This document shows, in pieces, positions 1-12,107 of a stretch of DNA of 64,000 bases. The translations under genes were made by a program, and so were the position numbers. The stretch's first letter is position 1; each line of letters opens with the position of its first letter. Source of the DNA: Strigamia acuminata (taxonomy: Eukaryota); NCBI GenBank assembly GCA_949358305.1, contig OX442314.1, positions 3,410,001 to 3,474,000 on the forward strand, given 5' to 3'. The notes under the pieces were generated by a model, which saw nothing but the letters and a program-made list of their open reading frames with translations, made no database searches and had not been told where the DNA came from.

Positions 1-250
1 GGGGCTCAACCTCCAGATTGAACGGGAGGTCCGTCCAATCTATGTCGACCTCCGGCTTCGTTCTCACTTGCATACTTGTCAGCGTCACTGTTTCTTCCTT
101 CTTCGGAATGGTCTGCATGCGATCTTTGATCTGTGCTTCTGCCAAGGCATGACCTGCGGGTCCAGTGTGATATTTCTTCTTTTTAATTTCCGCGGCTGGC
201 GCAGACGAAGCTGAATTTATTTCGGCGACGCCTGCGCTTGGGAGTTTTTT
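1..250 (-). CDS. pol: Start of putative pol, -1 frame relative to gag (partial)
   Basis: After the heptamer A-AAA-AAC (244-250) the -1 frame is open to the window edge (KLPSAGVAEINSASSAPAAEIKKKKYHTGPAGHALAEAQIKDRMQ...). No catalytic motif is reached within the window. Confidence 0.65.
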
Positions 251-3200
251 GCTAGATTAGTATTTAACTCCATCATCATTTTCATCAAGGTTTGCATGAT
301 GCCTTTTTCTTTGACGGTTTTTTCGCATTTGTCGGAGTAGTGACCGTATTCTCCGCAGCTGTAACATTTGATGTTACTTTTATCCCCTGTGGGAGTGAAT
401 CCCGGTTTTTTCGGGACGAAGGGCGTCGGGAATCGTCTTTTTCCTCCCAATGCCCCTCTCGCTTTTGTTGCCTGCACGTGTGCTCTGAATTGTGCGATTG
501 CCAAGGCCCGGTGTGCATGGTGCAAATAGGGACCTTGATCGTCGCATCCCGTCGACAAGTTTTCGAGGTGCTCATTTAGGGCTTCCTCGTCGCTTGATGC
601 TGGCTCCTCTTCTTTAGCCGTGGCGAGAGGTGTTGTCTCTTCGACTTTCTCCATCTGGGTGGAGTCCGTCGAGGTCACCTGCATCGCCGTTGCTGCCGGT
701 GCTTTCTTTGGGGCAGCTATCGGGTTGGCTGGAAGAATACTGCCTGCTTTAGGCGTCAGCATTCGTCCGAAGGATGCTTCGGTGAGACTCATTATGCCGC
801 TCAAATATTCACTTGGCCTCATTAATTTTTCTGAGGTCTTGTGGCGTTCGGCGCTCGTCTGCAACCGCTTCTCGTGCGCGTCAGCTTCTTCCGGGGGCAG
901 AGTGGCGTAATACCGCTGTTCTATTTCTAACGTGTTTGTTAGAAGATAGTTACTGACATCTTGGTAATCGCCAGTGCGGGGTGCACGCATGTCTAGCAGA
1001 ATTCTTTGCGAGTGGGCCGATAATCCTCCGTAAAAGATCATCGTAAAACCAGCGGGGTTTATTTCGTACGGCGCTCTTGCAAACAGGAGTTTCGCTCGGG
1101 CGTCGTAGTCGGCTAATGTTTCTCCTGGGGCTTGCCGTAGACCACGTAATTTGTTACTGATCTCGTCTGGAGTCTCGCCGTATCGGAGATCGAAACGGAC
1201 GAGAAAATCGTCCCAGGTTGGGTTTTTTAGTCCCTGATACCATTCTCGAGCTGACCCCGTGGTTAGCTCCACTAGACCGTGGGTTAGCATGTCGGCGACG
1301 GTGGCTTTTGTCGCTTTCTTGATACGCATTACTTCGTCTAGGAAGCGGTCTCCGGCCTTCCACGAACCGTCGAATCGTGTTTGTATGTAGTGTTGCCAAC
1401 GGATGTTACCCGTGGCTTCGCTGCTTGGTTCGTTTCGTACGCCATATTTACGCTTAACCCTCTCTCCAGCGCGATTATGTTCGTCGCCTGGATGGCCTAG
1501 ATCGATTCCTTCTCTTCTGAAAGAGTTCAGCAGGGCTCGGCCTAGCTCAGACATCGTGTAATGTCGGCCAGATGAGTCCTGAAAGTTCCCTTCCTCCGAA
1601 CGAGGGTTGGAGCTCCGGGAGGAGCGGTCTGAAGCATTCGGCCGGTTCGACCGGTGCCCATCGCTGTCTTCTTGACTCCTCCCTGTAGACGGTCGACTCG
1701 GATGGTCGTCGTCCGACGAATCGGAGGGCTCGGAGGGATCTCCTTGGGGGTGAAACCTCGGCCCTCTCGGTGGGGTCTCTCCGCCAGCCTTCTTCTGTTT
1801 CGAGCCTCCGGATGGCGGCGGCTCCCCTCCGTCGTTGTTCTCGTAAAAAGAATGCCATCTGTTTTCCTCGCTTTCGGGGCGTTCCCGATTTTTATTTGCG
1901 TTTTTCTTTTCGAGTAACGCGTCGATGGCTGCTCCCGTCTCGGATTTTTTTGAGGGGTGACGGTCCTTTGTTTTTGGGACCGACTCGTCTCTCTTTTGAG
2001 ATTTCCCCCTTTTCGCCGTTTTTGCCGGCTTTGTTGCACCTTCTCCTGTGTCGGTATCAGAGCCGCTGGGGGGTTCTGGTTTCCGTTTCAGGTTTTCTTC
2101 ATTTTTCTTCCTGTCCGAGACGTCTTGTGCGTACTCTTTCTGGAACTTTTCTGTCTCCTTCTCCCAGTTTTCGGCTTCCCATCTTTTTTGCTCATCTATT
2201 ATAGCTTGTTTCTTCGCTTTGTACTCTTCGGTCCATCTGACTCGGTCCCATTCCTCTTTCTCTTTCAGGAACTGTTCTTTTTCTTTTCTGGCTTCCTCTT
2301 CTCTCAACCTCTCGCGATGTTGTTCTTCCCATTTCTGATGTTGTAGAATGGCCTCTTTTCGCAACATTTGTAGTTTTTCTGTTTTTCTTTGAGCTATTAG
2401 CGCTTGAAATTGGTCCTCGTACTCTTGAGCTTCTCGATGTCGCCCTTCTACTGTTGCGTTCCATTCTTTTCGAATTTTAGCTTCTCGTTCTTCCCTCATT
2501 TTTTGGACCAGTTTCTCTGTTCTCTCGGTGGTTCTTCTCTCGCGTTGCTCCCTTTCTTCCTCTTCCTTCCAGAGTTCTCGCCGCTCTGCGCTCAGCCTTC
2601 GTTGGCGACTAGTCGCTTCTTGTCTGGCTTCCTCGCGGGCCTTCTCTCTGGATTCGTGAAGTGTTCGGTTGGGGTCTGGCGCGAAACCTCCGGTGTCACT
2701 GGGCGTTACCTGGGGCATGGGCGTCTCCGCTGCTGGTCTTGCGACCGGCGTCGGGGCTTGTGCCGCGCAGATAGCGTCAGTGAGTAGAGTAATCGATTCC
2801 CAGACTGACGTTCCTACTGGAATGTCTATCATCGCTTTCAGTTGGGCAGCTTGCCGTGTCAACCGAATTAGGTGAGATACCTCGAAGGAAACAACCGCAG
2901 GACTCGCCGTAACTCGGGGGGTTATCGGGGTCCCGCCGTCGTTTTTTCGTGGGGTTTGCTCCACGGACGTCTGAGCCGTGGGTGGCGATGGGTTCGTGCC
3001 GACCGTGACCGTTATTTTCGGAGCTTCGTTCGTCTCCTCGGTCATCAATATCGATACTCGTCCTGGCGATACGTCGCGAATTTCTTCTCGATTTTCTATG
3101 GCATCCGGATCGGTATCCTCGAAGGGTTGCATATTCAAGGGAACCCGCTCTCGCTCTGGCCCGTCTAGGGCCGCGAGCGATGCAGCTTGCTCCTCTTTCT

Positions 3201-3357
3201 GCGCCTTCGCTCTCCTTTTATTCGCTCGGGCTTTCGCCTTTGCGGACATTTCAGGGACGGGACCATCCGATCTCAGGTGGTAGTCGGAGGTCCTTTTTCC
3301 CTTCTCGGGCATTCTCTGCTCGGTTTCAGACGTGGATTGCTCGTCTTTGTCTGACAT
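217..3357 (-). CDS. gag: Gag polyprotein, 1046 aa: long charged coiled-coil N-terminus, retrotransposon capsid-like region, CCHC zinc knuckle
   Basis: Capsid-like WDDFLVRFDLRY...LRQAPGETLADYDARAK and knuckle CYSCGEYGHYSDKC; lies directly downstream of the LTR and PBS. Confidence 0.9.
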   Translation of the reverse strand: MSDKDEQSTSETEQRMPEKGKRTSDYHLRSDGPVPEMSAKAKARANKRRAKAQKEEQAASLAALDGPERERVPLNMQPFEDTDPDAIENREEIRDVSPGRVSILMTEETNEAPKITVTVGTNPSPPTAQTSVEQTPRKNDGGTPITPRVTASPAVVSFEVSHLIRLTRQAAQLKAMIDIPVGTSVWESITLLTDAICAAQAPTPVARPAAETPMPQVTPSDTGGFAPDPNRTLHESREKAREEARQEATSRQRRLSAERRELWKEEEEREQRERRTTERTEKLVQKMREEREAKIRKEWNATVEGRHREAQEYEDQFQALIAQRKTEKLQMLRKEAILQHQKWEEQHRERLREEEARKEKEQFLKEKEEWDRVRWTEEYKAKKQAIIDEQKRWEAENWEKETEKFQKEYAQDVSDRKKNEENLKRKPEPPSGSDTDTGEGATKPAKTAKRGKSQKRDESVPKTKDRHPSKKSETGAAIDALLEKKNANKNRERPESEENRWHSFYENNDGGEPPPSGGSKQKKAGGETPPRGPRFHPQGDPSEPSDSSDDDHPSRPSTGRSQEDSDGHRSNRPNASDRSSRSSNPRSEEGNFQDSSGRHYTMSELGRALLNSFRREGIDLGHPGDEHNRAGERVKRKYGVRNEPSSEATGNIRWQHYIQTRFDGSWKAGDRFLDEVMRIKKATKATVADMLTHGLVELTTGSAREWYQGLKNPTWDDFLVRFDLRYGETPDEISNKLRGLRQAPGETLADYDARAKLLFARAPYEINPAGFTMIFYGGLSAHSQRILLDMRAPRTGDYQDVSNYLLTNTLEIEQRYYATLPPEEADAHEKRLQTSAERHKTSEKLMRPSEYLSGIMSLTEASFGRMLTPKAGSILPANPIAAPKKAPAATAMQVTSTDSTQMEKVEETTPLATAKEEEPASSDEEALNEHLENLSTGCDDQGPYLHHAHRALAIAQFRAHVQATKARGALGGKRRFPTPFVPKKPGFTPTGDKSNIKCYSCGEYGHYSDKCEKTVKEKGIMQTLMKMMMELNTNLAKNSQAQASPK

Positions 3358-3431
3358 TTTCTTTCGGTAATTCTACGATTTGGGTTATCTTATTGAGAGA
3401 TCACAAGTTCAGATTTGAGATTTATTTCTAA

Positions 3432-3449
3432 ATCCCGGACGGGCCCCCA
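3432..3449 (-). promoter_or_regulatory. Primer binding site, tRNA-Pro type
   Basis: TGGGGGCCCGTCCGGGAT is 17/18 identical to the tRNA-Pro PBS TGGGGGCTCGTCCGGGAT and lies 2 nt after the LTR CA. Confidence 0.85.
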
Positions 3450-5572
3450 CGTGTCGCGTCCTACTTGGTATAGGTTTAAATAGCGCTAACGTGTAATACT
3501 TTACCTGTGATCAATTATGTAAATACCCAAATGAATACCAAATGTATGTAAATAAACAGGTAATTTATTCACCAGGCTTTATGCCTTTAAAATACACTCA
3601 GTAATAATTCTAGAGTCGACGTGGTCAGCGTCGAACAAAGGATTTCTCAAGATGGCGTCTTCGATTCCGCGTGGTCGGCGGAACAAAGGCGGCGTCTCGA
3701 GTTGTCGTTAATTCGTCACGGATTCGTCTTCACGGACGCGGTGGAATGCTCTTTCGAGTCTTCTATCCGTGCCTGTTGTCTAGGGTTTGTTTAGCGTCGC
3801 AGAGGCCTCGTCTAGGAACTTTGGGGTTCCCTACAAAGCACTCGGACACTTACTTCGGCGAATAATCGTCTGGGCGATTATTCTGGGTGATTTCACAAGG
3901 GCTATTCTCGTGCTTTCGCAGGAATAGCTCGCAAGTGACTTCGTGAGAGTTACAGTTTGCACTTTACTCAGCGATCCTCGATCAATCCTAACTTGTAGTT
4001 GAAGTTGGCCTGACGGTGAGGTAGTTGCTGTGTTCTTGGTGTCGTTTGTGTAAGTTCTGTCTTTAGGCGGGAAACACAGCCTTTTATGCAGTGGGGTGAA
4101 GGGCCGGCGATCAACCAATGGGGGCTGACCACCAGCCGCTTCCTCCCCCTCGGGGCACACACCTGCCATGGGGAGGTGGAGCCAACTCGGGGGGGAACGA
4201 CTCTTTAATCATAGTGACTCATAGGACAAGTATCCGCCCTGGGGGGACACTTATCCAACTGGGTCACCACAGGTGTTTCAGAATTCATGTTACACAGAAA
4301 TAAGGGGTATAGAGGGGGACCAGGAGATTATGTTTCCACTAATCATAAATTCTAAAAAAAATTCCCACTCAGTCACAGCCCCAAAAACAACGGATTTCGA
4401 ATATCGCGCGTCACGCATATCGTTTGCCAGGTTAAAGTGCAATTCTCAAATAAAAACACACAATCGATTGTGACCGTTTGGCCACCCTAGTGGCCTACGT
4501 CACTCCACACACCGCCTGGTGGCTCCAAGCCGTCCTTCTCACGGAGGAGTGGACCGGCCTAGCATGGGAGGTACAGGGCAGAGTGGTGTGATGAGGAAGA
4601 GTCGTTGCTGAGAGAGCCAAGGGTGAAGACGTGCCAGGGTGAGCTGCCACGGTCCTAACAATGGCAGAAACAACTGCCGACTCTGCTCCTCTCACCATTC
4701 ACCACTGTGACGCTCAGTGGCAGATCGAGATGACTGCTGCAGTATCATGAGTGGCTACATGGGTCGTACAGGTGAGTACGACAGAATGTTTGTCTGATGC
4801 GACCAACCACGTCACCCACGGTTAAATCTGCAGTCGGGTTATTTCCCAGAATCCGATCTGCATCTGATCTGCGGATGTGCGGATCAGGCGGATCGGATTC
4901 ACAAGCTTTGTTCTTACCACGGCCCATGCGGCCACTCTTGGAGGCTGTGGTGGATTCAACATTACACCACTGACTTGAGAATGAAGCACCACAGAGGTTG
5001 ACTGCTCTCGCTGGCTTCCCACGAACAACTCCCTTCAGTCTCTTCTCTCCACTCCCTATACCACTCAACTTTTTCTTCCCCTTAAGCTAAGCATACAATG
5101 CGAACCCCTAACTTTAAGATGGCATTTTTTACCCTAAATTTTCTGGATTATACGCAAGAATACAGGGTGGAAAAGAAGTCTGATTCTCTCACAAATATTT
5201 CTGAAAATGCTGACAATGAATTTAATCTAATGATGGCAAAGTATTAAAGTTGGGTGGGGCAATCTTTTAGTGATCCGAATTTTGACCTTAGAATGTTCCT
5301 TCAAGGTCATTGGAAAATTATCTTAGAAACCGTTACAGATAAACAGAAATTTTCAATTGTAAACTTGTAGAGCAACAATTATTTAGTCTAAAAATGACTA
5401 CTCCTCAAATCTTTTGTACTAATTTTTTTTAAGGAAATTGCAATTTTCGGCGCCTACATGGCAATGACGAAAAAATCTGCGGTAGTCGCGGACTCTGGCG
5501 GCGATTTGAAAAACCAATATAAAAGCCTTTTCCAAAAACGTAGTTTTTTAAATTTGCTTGTTATGTTTGAAG

Positions 5573-8500
5573 GGTTGGAGAATCCGTTGCGGCCGAAGAC
5601 GAAAACGAAGACGAAAATGAAGATAACGCACTTCAATCGGCAGCCCCTACCTTAGAACTTGAAAGCGAAGTGATTAAAAACACTGGAATATCGCTCAAAG
5701 TGCAGCAATTTTACGCTTTGTTGCTCAAGCGCTTTTTCTACACGCGCCGTTGTTTGGCAATTCTCGCAATTCAGGTGCCGACATTTATATCCCCACAATT
5801 AATAAATTAATTGATCAACTTTTCTTTTCATCTCAAACAGTTGTTTCTTCCGCTCGCCACCACATTGCTGTTCGTTCTCATCAACAATTCGGCGGCGAAA
5901 GTCGACGCCGTGCACAAACCCGCTCTACTGCTGGATTTGGCGCCGTACAAACATTGCGTCGCTTTCGTGCACCGTGGATCGAGGGTAATAAAAGACCGAG
6001 CGATGGCCGACTACTACCGCTCAAGTTTCCCCGCCGCATGCACCGTGCACAATGAAAACGACCCGGTCGCGTACATTGAGAAAACCGCCATCGACAACTT
6101 TTTGTTTTATCGGGACAAACTTCTTTTCGGTTCGAGTTTCGACGGCGACGGGAAAGAGTTTGAAGTTCAAATCTGGTATAACAACCACTTCCGCCACACT
6201 TTACCCACGGCCCTGAACGTCGTGCACAACGCGATGCTGAAATATGGTGCTCGGAACGCTTCAATTTCACTGCTCGTGGAAAACGCGCCGTTGAAAAGCG
6301 CCGCCGAGATGGACGACTTTGTGTACCAAGCCAACTTAATGAGGGGCTTTCTGGCCATTCTGATGGGCGTGTTCATGCCGGTGGGTCTGTGCGTGCTGAC
6401 CGCGTCCTTCATCGTGTTTCCCGTCCACGAGAGAGTGACCAAATGCAAACACATTCAGCTCACCACCGGCGTCGGGGCCGTCTCCTTTTGGGTTTCGTCG
6501 TTCCTCTGGGATTTCTCCATTGCTGTGGTCTCGTGTAGTGCCGCAGTTATTATCATCGCCGTCTTTGATACATCTAACATTTTCGATCCCGAAAACATAG
6601 GTGTTTATTGTTATTATTATTTATTGTTTACACGTGCTTGGAGTAGGTGACGTAGAAAAAAAGAAAAGAAAAAGATTTACGGGGATAGTAATTTTTGAGT
6701 TATGGTAATAGCCAGTTCTCGGTGGTTGCGCAATGGGTCCAGGTCCGTGAAGTTACTTTGGTTTGATCGCTGTTCGATATGGATGTCGGGCGATTAATAA
6801 CTTCGGCTCGCTGGGGCAACAACACTATTTATTATAATACAGAATTTTTGCTTACGTGTAGGTTGGCTAAAATAATGCAGAATACTTAGTTTCATAACTC
6901 TAAACAGCAGAAGAGAAATAGTGGCTCCTAGAGGCGTGGTATGGCTAGATTGAAAATGGGTGCGCTGGTTTGGGACGCGAAACAAAAAAGATTAGATTGA
7001 CATTCAAGTTTAGTGTTTAAGAGACAAGTCTCGGTCAACGGTTAGGTAAGAAGTGATTCTGAAAGGCAGGTTAGCCCAGAAGTGACCTTAGATTATGTGA
7101 TTGATGGTTGAATCAACTGTGATCAGGGGTGGGGCAAAAATAAAAAGATGATGTGAAAATAAATGTGATGCGCAAAGAACTTATTTGCGCATACATTAGA
7201 AAGGATGAGTTGGCAAAAAAAAAACAAGTAACATTTGTAATGCAGGGAAGCATTACACATTAGACTTCTAAACCTCTTGCAAGAAAAAATTTATAAACAA
7301 AAACAGATGTTATAATTAAAATAAAACTTATTGATTTATTTAATTAGCTTTGCATATCCGTCTAAAGCACAGTATACTGTGGTCTAAAGCTTGGTTCACA
7401 CTTGCTGATATGCTGCGGAATTGTTGCATTCGGGGTTTGCTACAATCGGGAAATAAATCGCATGAAAAACTAGAAAATATTTCTAGTTTTTCGCGCGATT
7501 TTTTTTTGCAGCCAATCACAGCTCATTTGCAGCAAACCCCGGATGCAACGTATCCACGGCGTATCCGCAAGTGTGAACCGTCTACCATGAAAATTACGGA
7601 AATTACGTAGTCATGATGACGTCATTTCCGTAATTTTCATGAAATACATCGCTAAAAGTGCACTAAAACCAGTTTATTAATTCAACCGGAGGTCGGAGAA
7701 ATCTGAAAATACCTTAGGATACTAATATAGGTACCGGTATGCTGAATTTAATGTCGTTGTTCGTTTGGCTGCAGCTGCTATAGTTTTTGCGGAATCGTTG
7801 ACGACGGACGGACGGATGGACAGACGGACGGACAGAGCCGTTTCATGAGACTTTCTAAACATAGAGTTTAGAAGTCTAAAAAAGGTTAAATTTAAAAATA
7901 ATAAAGTGGGAAGTTGTAAAATTAAAACAGGGATGAAAACCATGCCTGTGACACAGGTAACACTAAAAATGTTTGATTTATTTATTTTATAATTCATTAT
8001 TACTTATTAATTTAAAAATACTGTAGTACGTTTATTTTGAAAATTCAAACTACAATATTTTGTAATTACAACACACGGATCGTATGTACCAAACAATTTA
8101 CCCACAAGGAAAGCCACAGCCAAACACAGGCGGAATCATTTCGTTTGCGGCGTGACAACCTGAAAATTCAGACTCAGAATATTCAGATTTTGAAAGTCTT
8201 ATGTATACTTAGCTTTAGAGACATGGGGAATTTAATTGGAACCAGGAAATCCTTGTAACCAAAACTTTTATTTTGTCTCTTTAGCCATCACATTTTTTAC
8301 GTTGCTTCTATACTGCTGGGCGTCGATTCCGTTCACGTATTTGGCCTCGTTCTTGTGCGGACTGCCTGCTGCGGGATTCACTGCCGTTACCATTGTCAAT
8401 GTAACCACCGGTCAGTCAAGCTCAATTCTTAATGCGCCTTGCATACTAATCACTTAAGTTTAAAATAATTTAATTATTTAATTTCAGGAATAATATTTGG

Positions 8501-11500
8501 AATTTGGGTTTTTGTACGTGCAGAGTTGTCGCCAGATTGGAAATGGCTGTGTTCGCTCGTGCCAAATTTTTCGGGAACGCTGGCGTTCATGAAAATTGTC
8601 TACTTGGGTGATTCCAACAATTCCTGCAAAAACCAAGACCAAACCATTCTGCAATTTGTGTGCAAACACCGATCTCCTACGTCGTCGTCGTCGTGGGCAT
8701 TGGCCAAGATATTGCGCTGTTGCCCACCAGGTAATAAAACAGACCCAAATTTACTTGTGGGACATTCCAAACGCTTTTGATTTGATTTGATTTTAGAGTT
8801 TTGTGGCGAATTCTGTTTAGAACAAAAGCCGTATCTGGTTTGGGATTGGCCCGGTTTGGGTCCGGACTTGTTGAGCCTGGCATTGGATGGTTTTGTTTAT
8901 TTCATCATCATATTTCTTATCGAAAGTTCTTATTGGTACAAGTTGTGTCACTTTATAAATCAAACAATCATGCACTACGTGTGGAGAAACAGGATTACTT
9001 TGGAATGTGCCGCTGAAGCGCTGGACAGCGATGTTTATGCCGAAAAACAACGTGTCGATGACATCATTTCACACACAAGTTTGGTAGATTCTACTTAGAG
9101 GGCCTTTTCCAAATGTGTATAGACTAATTCAAATATATGTGCAAATGCCTGAAATTTGCGTTTTAAAGTTCTGAATTAGGTGTGAGGCTAGTCACGATGT
9201 GTGTATTTATTGACATTCTATAACACATACTACCGGTAGTATGTTTGAAAGCTTATTCTTAAAATTGCCATAAAGGAAGGCTTTCTAGTTGTGCCACCGG
9301 AGGCCAAGAATGTCCCAATTGGGCATAAACGCAAACGGGGTCGCCAAGCTAAGTGCACACCGGCATTGCAAATATAAAATCGGAAATATGTGACATTTGG
9401 TGGAGAAATAAAACAAAATAGAGTGAAAGTAAATAGTGTGGGAATAAATAATTTTGAGAGGTTATTAACTATAAATGGGGGGATCTAATAAAAATAGTGT
9501 ACGAATAATTAGTGTAAAATTAAATACATTTGGTTGTTTTTCAATTATTTTGGGGGTGTCAATAATATATGGGGGTAAATTAAACGCCCCCCAAAAACAC
9601 TTAGATTCCGCCCAAAAAAGGTGATTTGCTCCACACTTTTTCAACCCCCCAAAAAAAGCTTATTTGCCATACGAAAAGGCCCTCAAAGTAGAACTTTTTG
9701 CATAAAAAGAATAATTCATTTTCCTAAATATAAGCTGTGTTTTTTATTTGGTAGATGCAAATAGGCGTGATTATCTTCTCGTCCATGATTTGACCAAACA
9801 TTTCCGTAAACTGACGGCCGTGGACGGGCTGAGCTTTGGAGTGGAAAACGGAACTTGTTTCGGTTTACTCGGAATCAACGGCGCCGGAAAGACGACCACG
9901 TTTCGGCAGCTGATCGGAGACCTCCTCATCGATTCCGGCCAGGCGACCATTCAACAGTTCAGCATTACACGCAATAGATTCCAAGTAGCTTTAAGTCCTC
10001 TAAATACAATGTTAGCTTTTGTGCTAGAATATTTTCAATTTTGCTCTCCTGAATAATAAATGAGCGATTATTGTGATTAGTTGATTATTGCAATAATCGT
10101 AATCACTCAATTATTGAGGGCCCAACAAAAATCTGATTATGTGATTATTGCTGCGAGGGGCGGAATTGTTTAATTGTAACCTAAATACATTGCAATTGTT
10201 TAAAAAAAGTTCCTAACTCGTTTCATGTGTTCAGTTTAACCTAAACTGAGCAGACTTTGTTATATTATGACCTTGTGTAGTTGAAGCGGGTCTGGCGCCG
10301 CCATGTTGGTTTCAGTTGAGAGAGCACTTATAATCGGCCCAAGTCAGCAGATAATCATGGTTTGGGGTGATTACTTGATTAGTTGCTTAGTTGCTTATTT
10401 GATGAAATGATTATTCTCGGGATTGCTTGAATCCAGTCACATGACACATTGACTAATCAAAGTAATCAAAGTAATCAACTAATTGCTCATTTAATGAAAC
10501 TCCTTATTATCACTTGTGTCTGATTAAGTTTGAGCTCTTGTTGTTTTTTTAGTATCTTTCCAATATTGGATATTGCCCTCAATTCGACGCGCTTCTTGAT
10601 CATCTAACAGGCAAAGAACTCTTATTAGTGTTTGCCAATTTGCACGGAATTCCCAAAGCGCACATCAAACACACAGTGAATGAAACAATCATCAATTTTG
10701 ATTTGACAGAACACGCAGATAAACCAACTCTTGCATACAGGTGAAAAAATGGGATCCGATCTCTTATTCAGCGGGATTTGAGCATAGAGCTAGGTTCACA
10801 CTTGTGTTCACACTAGGGGCGACGCAACGCAACGCAAAGCAAGAATGTCAAGAATTCTTGGAATCAAGCAGCTTGCATTGCATCAGTTTTCTTGCGTTGC
10901 GTCAGTTTTCTTGCGTTGCGTCAGTTTTCTTGCATTGCATCAGTTTTCTTGCGTTGCATCAGTTTTCTTGCGTTGCGTCAGTTTTCTTGCGTTGCGTCAG
11001 TTTTCTTGCGTTGCGTCAGTTTTCTTGCGTTGCTTCAGTTTTCTTGCGTTGCGTCAGTTTTCTTGCGTTGCGTCTAGTGCGAACACAAATGTGAACGTAA
11101 CTTAAGTTATGGGCTGAAGCCATGATGATCTTTTTTTAAGTTTAATTAAAACAATACAATTTTATTTTTTTACTTTTATTGGATTGAAGCGGTGGAAATA
11201 AACGGAAATTGAGCGCTGCTTTGGCATTCATCGGGCGACCCGCGGTGGCCTTTTTGGACGAGCCAACGACCGGGGTCGATCCGACGGCGAGGAGGAAGAT
11301 TTGGAACATGATCAAAGAATCGAATAAACATGGAACGGCCATTGTGCTCTCGTCGCACAGCATGGAGGAGTGCGAAGTGCTGTGTTCCCGCGTCGGAATC
11401 ATGGTCAACGGACAGTTCGAGTGTCTCGGCGGAATTCAGTACTTGAAAAACAAATTCAGTCAGGGCTACACCATTTTGGCCAAGCTCAAACGCCCCGACA

Positions 11501-12107
11501 AGGTCAATCAAAACGGGTTGCAGCGGTTCATCAAGAGCGAATTCCCGAGTGCAGCGCTTAAAGACGTTCACCAAGTAATGCTAAAGCTAAGTTCACGTGC
11601 ATGCGTTGCTGCATCAGCTTCAACGTGCTTTGCAGCAATGCAAACGCGTGTTTAATCATGAATCAAGGATAACACGGACACGTATCCACATGTTCAGTGC
11701 ATTTTACCACCGACAGCCGCATTGTATTCTGGGATTTAACGGATAACAAACATGCTAGGTTGGCAAGCAATGCATGACACATGATTGCCGTCATCCAATC
11801 AGTGCTCAGAGCAATGAATCAATAGGAAATTACACACGGAAATGTGTCTGTTTTATCGTTGGTTCATACTTTAATGCATTTGGTTTATCTTGTATGTGCA
11901 AATGAAATTAAGTAATTGTATTTGTTGCAGGGTTTAGTTCATTACCAGGTGAAAGATCCGGATACAAAGTTGACGAAATTGTTCGAGTCGATGGAGAAGG
12001 CGAAAACAACTTTTGATTTGGAGGATTATTCCGTGACTCAAGCGACGCTAGAACAAGTGTTCCTCTCATTTGCGCGCAAACAACGAGAAGTTAGCGACCA
12101 AAAGTGA
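5573..12107 (+). CDS. ABCA: ABCA-subfamily transporter (ABCA3-like), copy 1, C-terminal half (TMD2-NBD2); 5' exons presumably left of the window
   Basis: Phase-consistent GT-AG exons 5573-5774, 5841-6600, 8285-8410, 8488-8730, 8797-9078, 9755-9984, 10553-10740, 11190-11574, 11931-12107. Motifs: NTG..QQFYALLLKR, Walker A GINGAGKTT, GYCPQFD, YSGGNKRKL, FLDEPTTGVDP, SHSMEECE, TLEQVFL. Confidence 0.92.
7389..7582. mobile_element. MITE with GGTTCACAC-type TIRs (PIF/Harbinger-like); duplicate at about 30255-30448
   Basis: GGTTCACACTTGC...GCAAGTGTGAACC inverted ends and an internally palindromic body. Confidence 0.6.
7586..7883 (+). mobile_element. Helentron/DINE-1-like non-autonomous remnant
   Basis: Palindrome 7586-7641, GACG/GACA microsatellite at about 7800-7835, terminal stem-loop AGACTTTCTAAAC...GTTTAGAAGTCT (7848-7877) followed by an A-run. 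Confidence 0.45.
9098..9684 (+). mobile_element. Internally deleted Mutator-like (MULE) element in an ABCA intron; duplicate at 31964-32550
   Basis: TIRs GAGGGCCTTTTC...GAAAAGGCCCTC. Internal VPPEAKNVPIGHKRKRGRQAKCTPALQI* resembles the C-terminal tail of SWIM-type MULE transposases (recognised from memory). Confidence 0.65.
10789..11101. mobile_element. GGTTCACAC-type MITE containing a 19-bp minisatellite (TCAGTTTTCTTGCGTTGCG)
   Basis: TIR GTTCACACTTGTGTTCACACTAG...CTAGTGCGAACACAAATGTGAAC. The paralogue at about 40018-40368 has two more repeat units (38 bp). Confidence 0.7.

Larger units (their letters stand above)
1..4294 (-). mobile_element. Ty3/Gypsy LTR retrotransposon, 5' part (5' LTR, PBS, gag, start of pol); continues beyond the left edge and sits in an ABCA intron
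   Basis: LTR 3452-4294 reads TGTAAC...CGCGACA on the minus strand. Its outer boundary is fixed by the empty site in the paralogous intron (27151 GGTGATT|CAGAAATAG). PBS TGGGGGCCCGTCCGGGAT at 3432-3449, followed by a gag ORF with a CCHC knuckle. Confidence 0.9.

Noticed and set aside
285..3431. Numerous overlapping and antisense ORFs within gag (likewise in the BEL and Mag ORFs)
   Set aside because: Expected shadows of long GC-richer coding frames; no independent motifs.
4495..5068. GC-rich intronic block with short ORFs (also 27361-27934)
   Set aside because: No recognisable motif or splice-compatible frame; probably a TE fragment I cannot classify.
5656..5774. Apparent ABCA exon starting at 5656, implying a missing exon
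   Set aside because: The acceptor at 5571-5572 gives exon 5573-5774 (KVGESVAAEDEN...), which restores phase with the upstream exon.
10741..11105. Cys-rich repetitive ORFs or a CRISPR-like array (also 39970-40372)
   Set aside because: 19-bp head-to-tail repeat without unique spacers, inside an intronic MITE in a eukaryotic gene.
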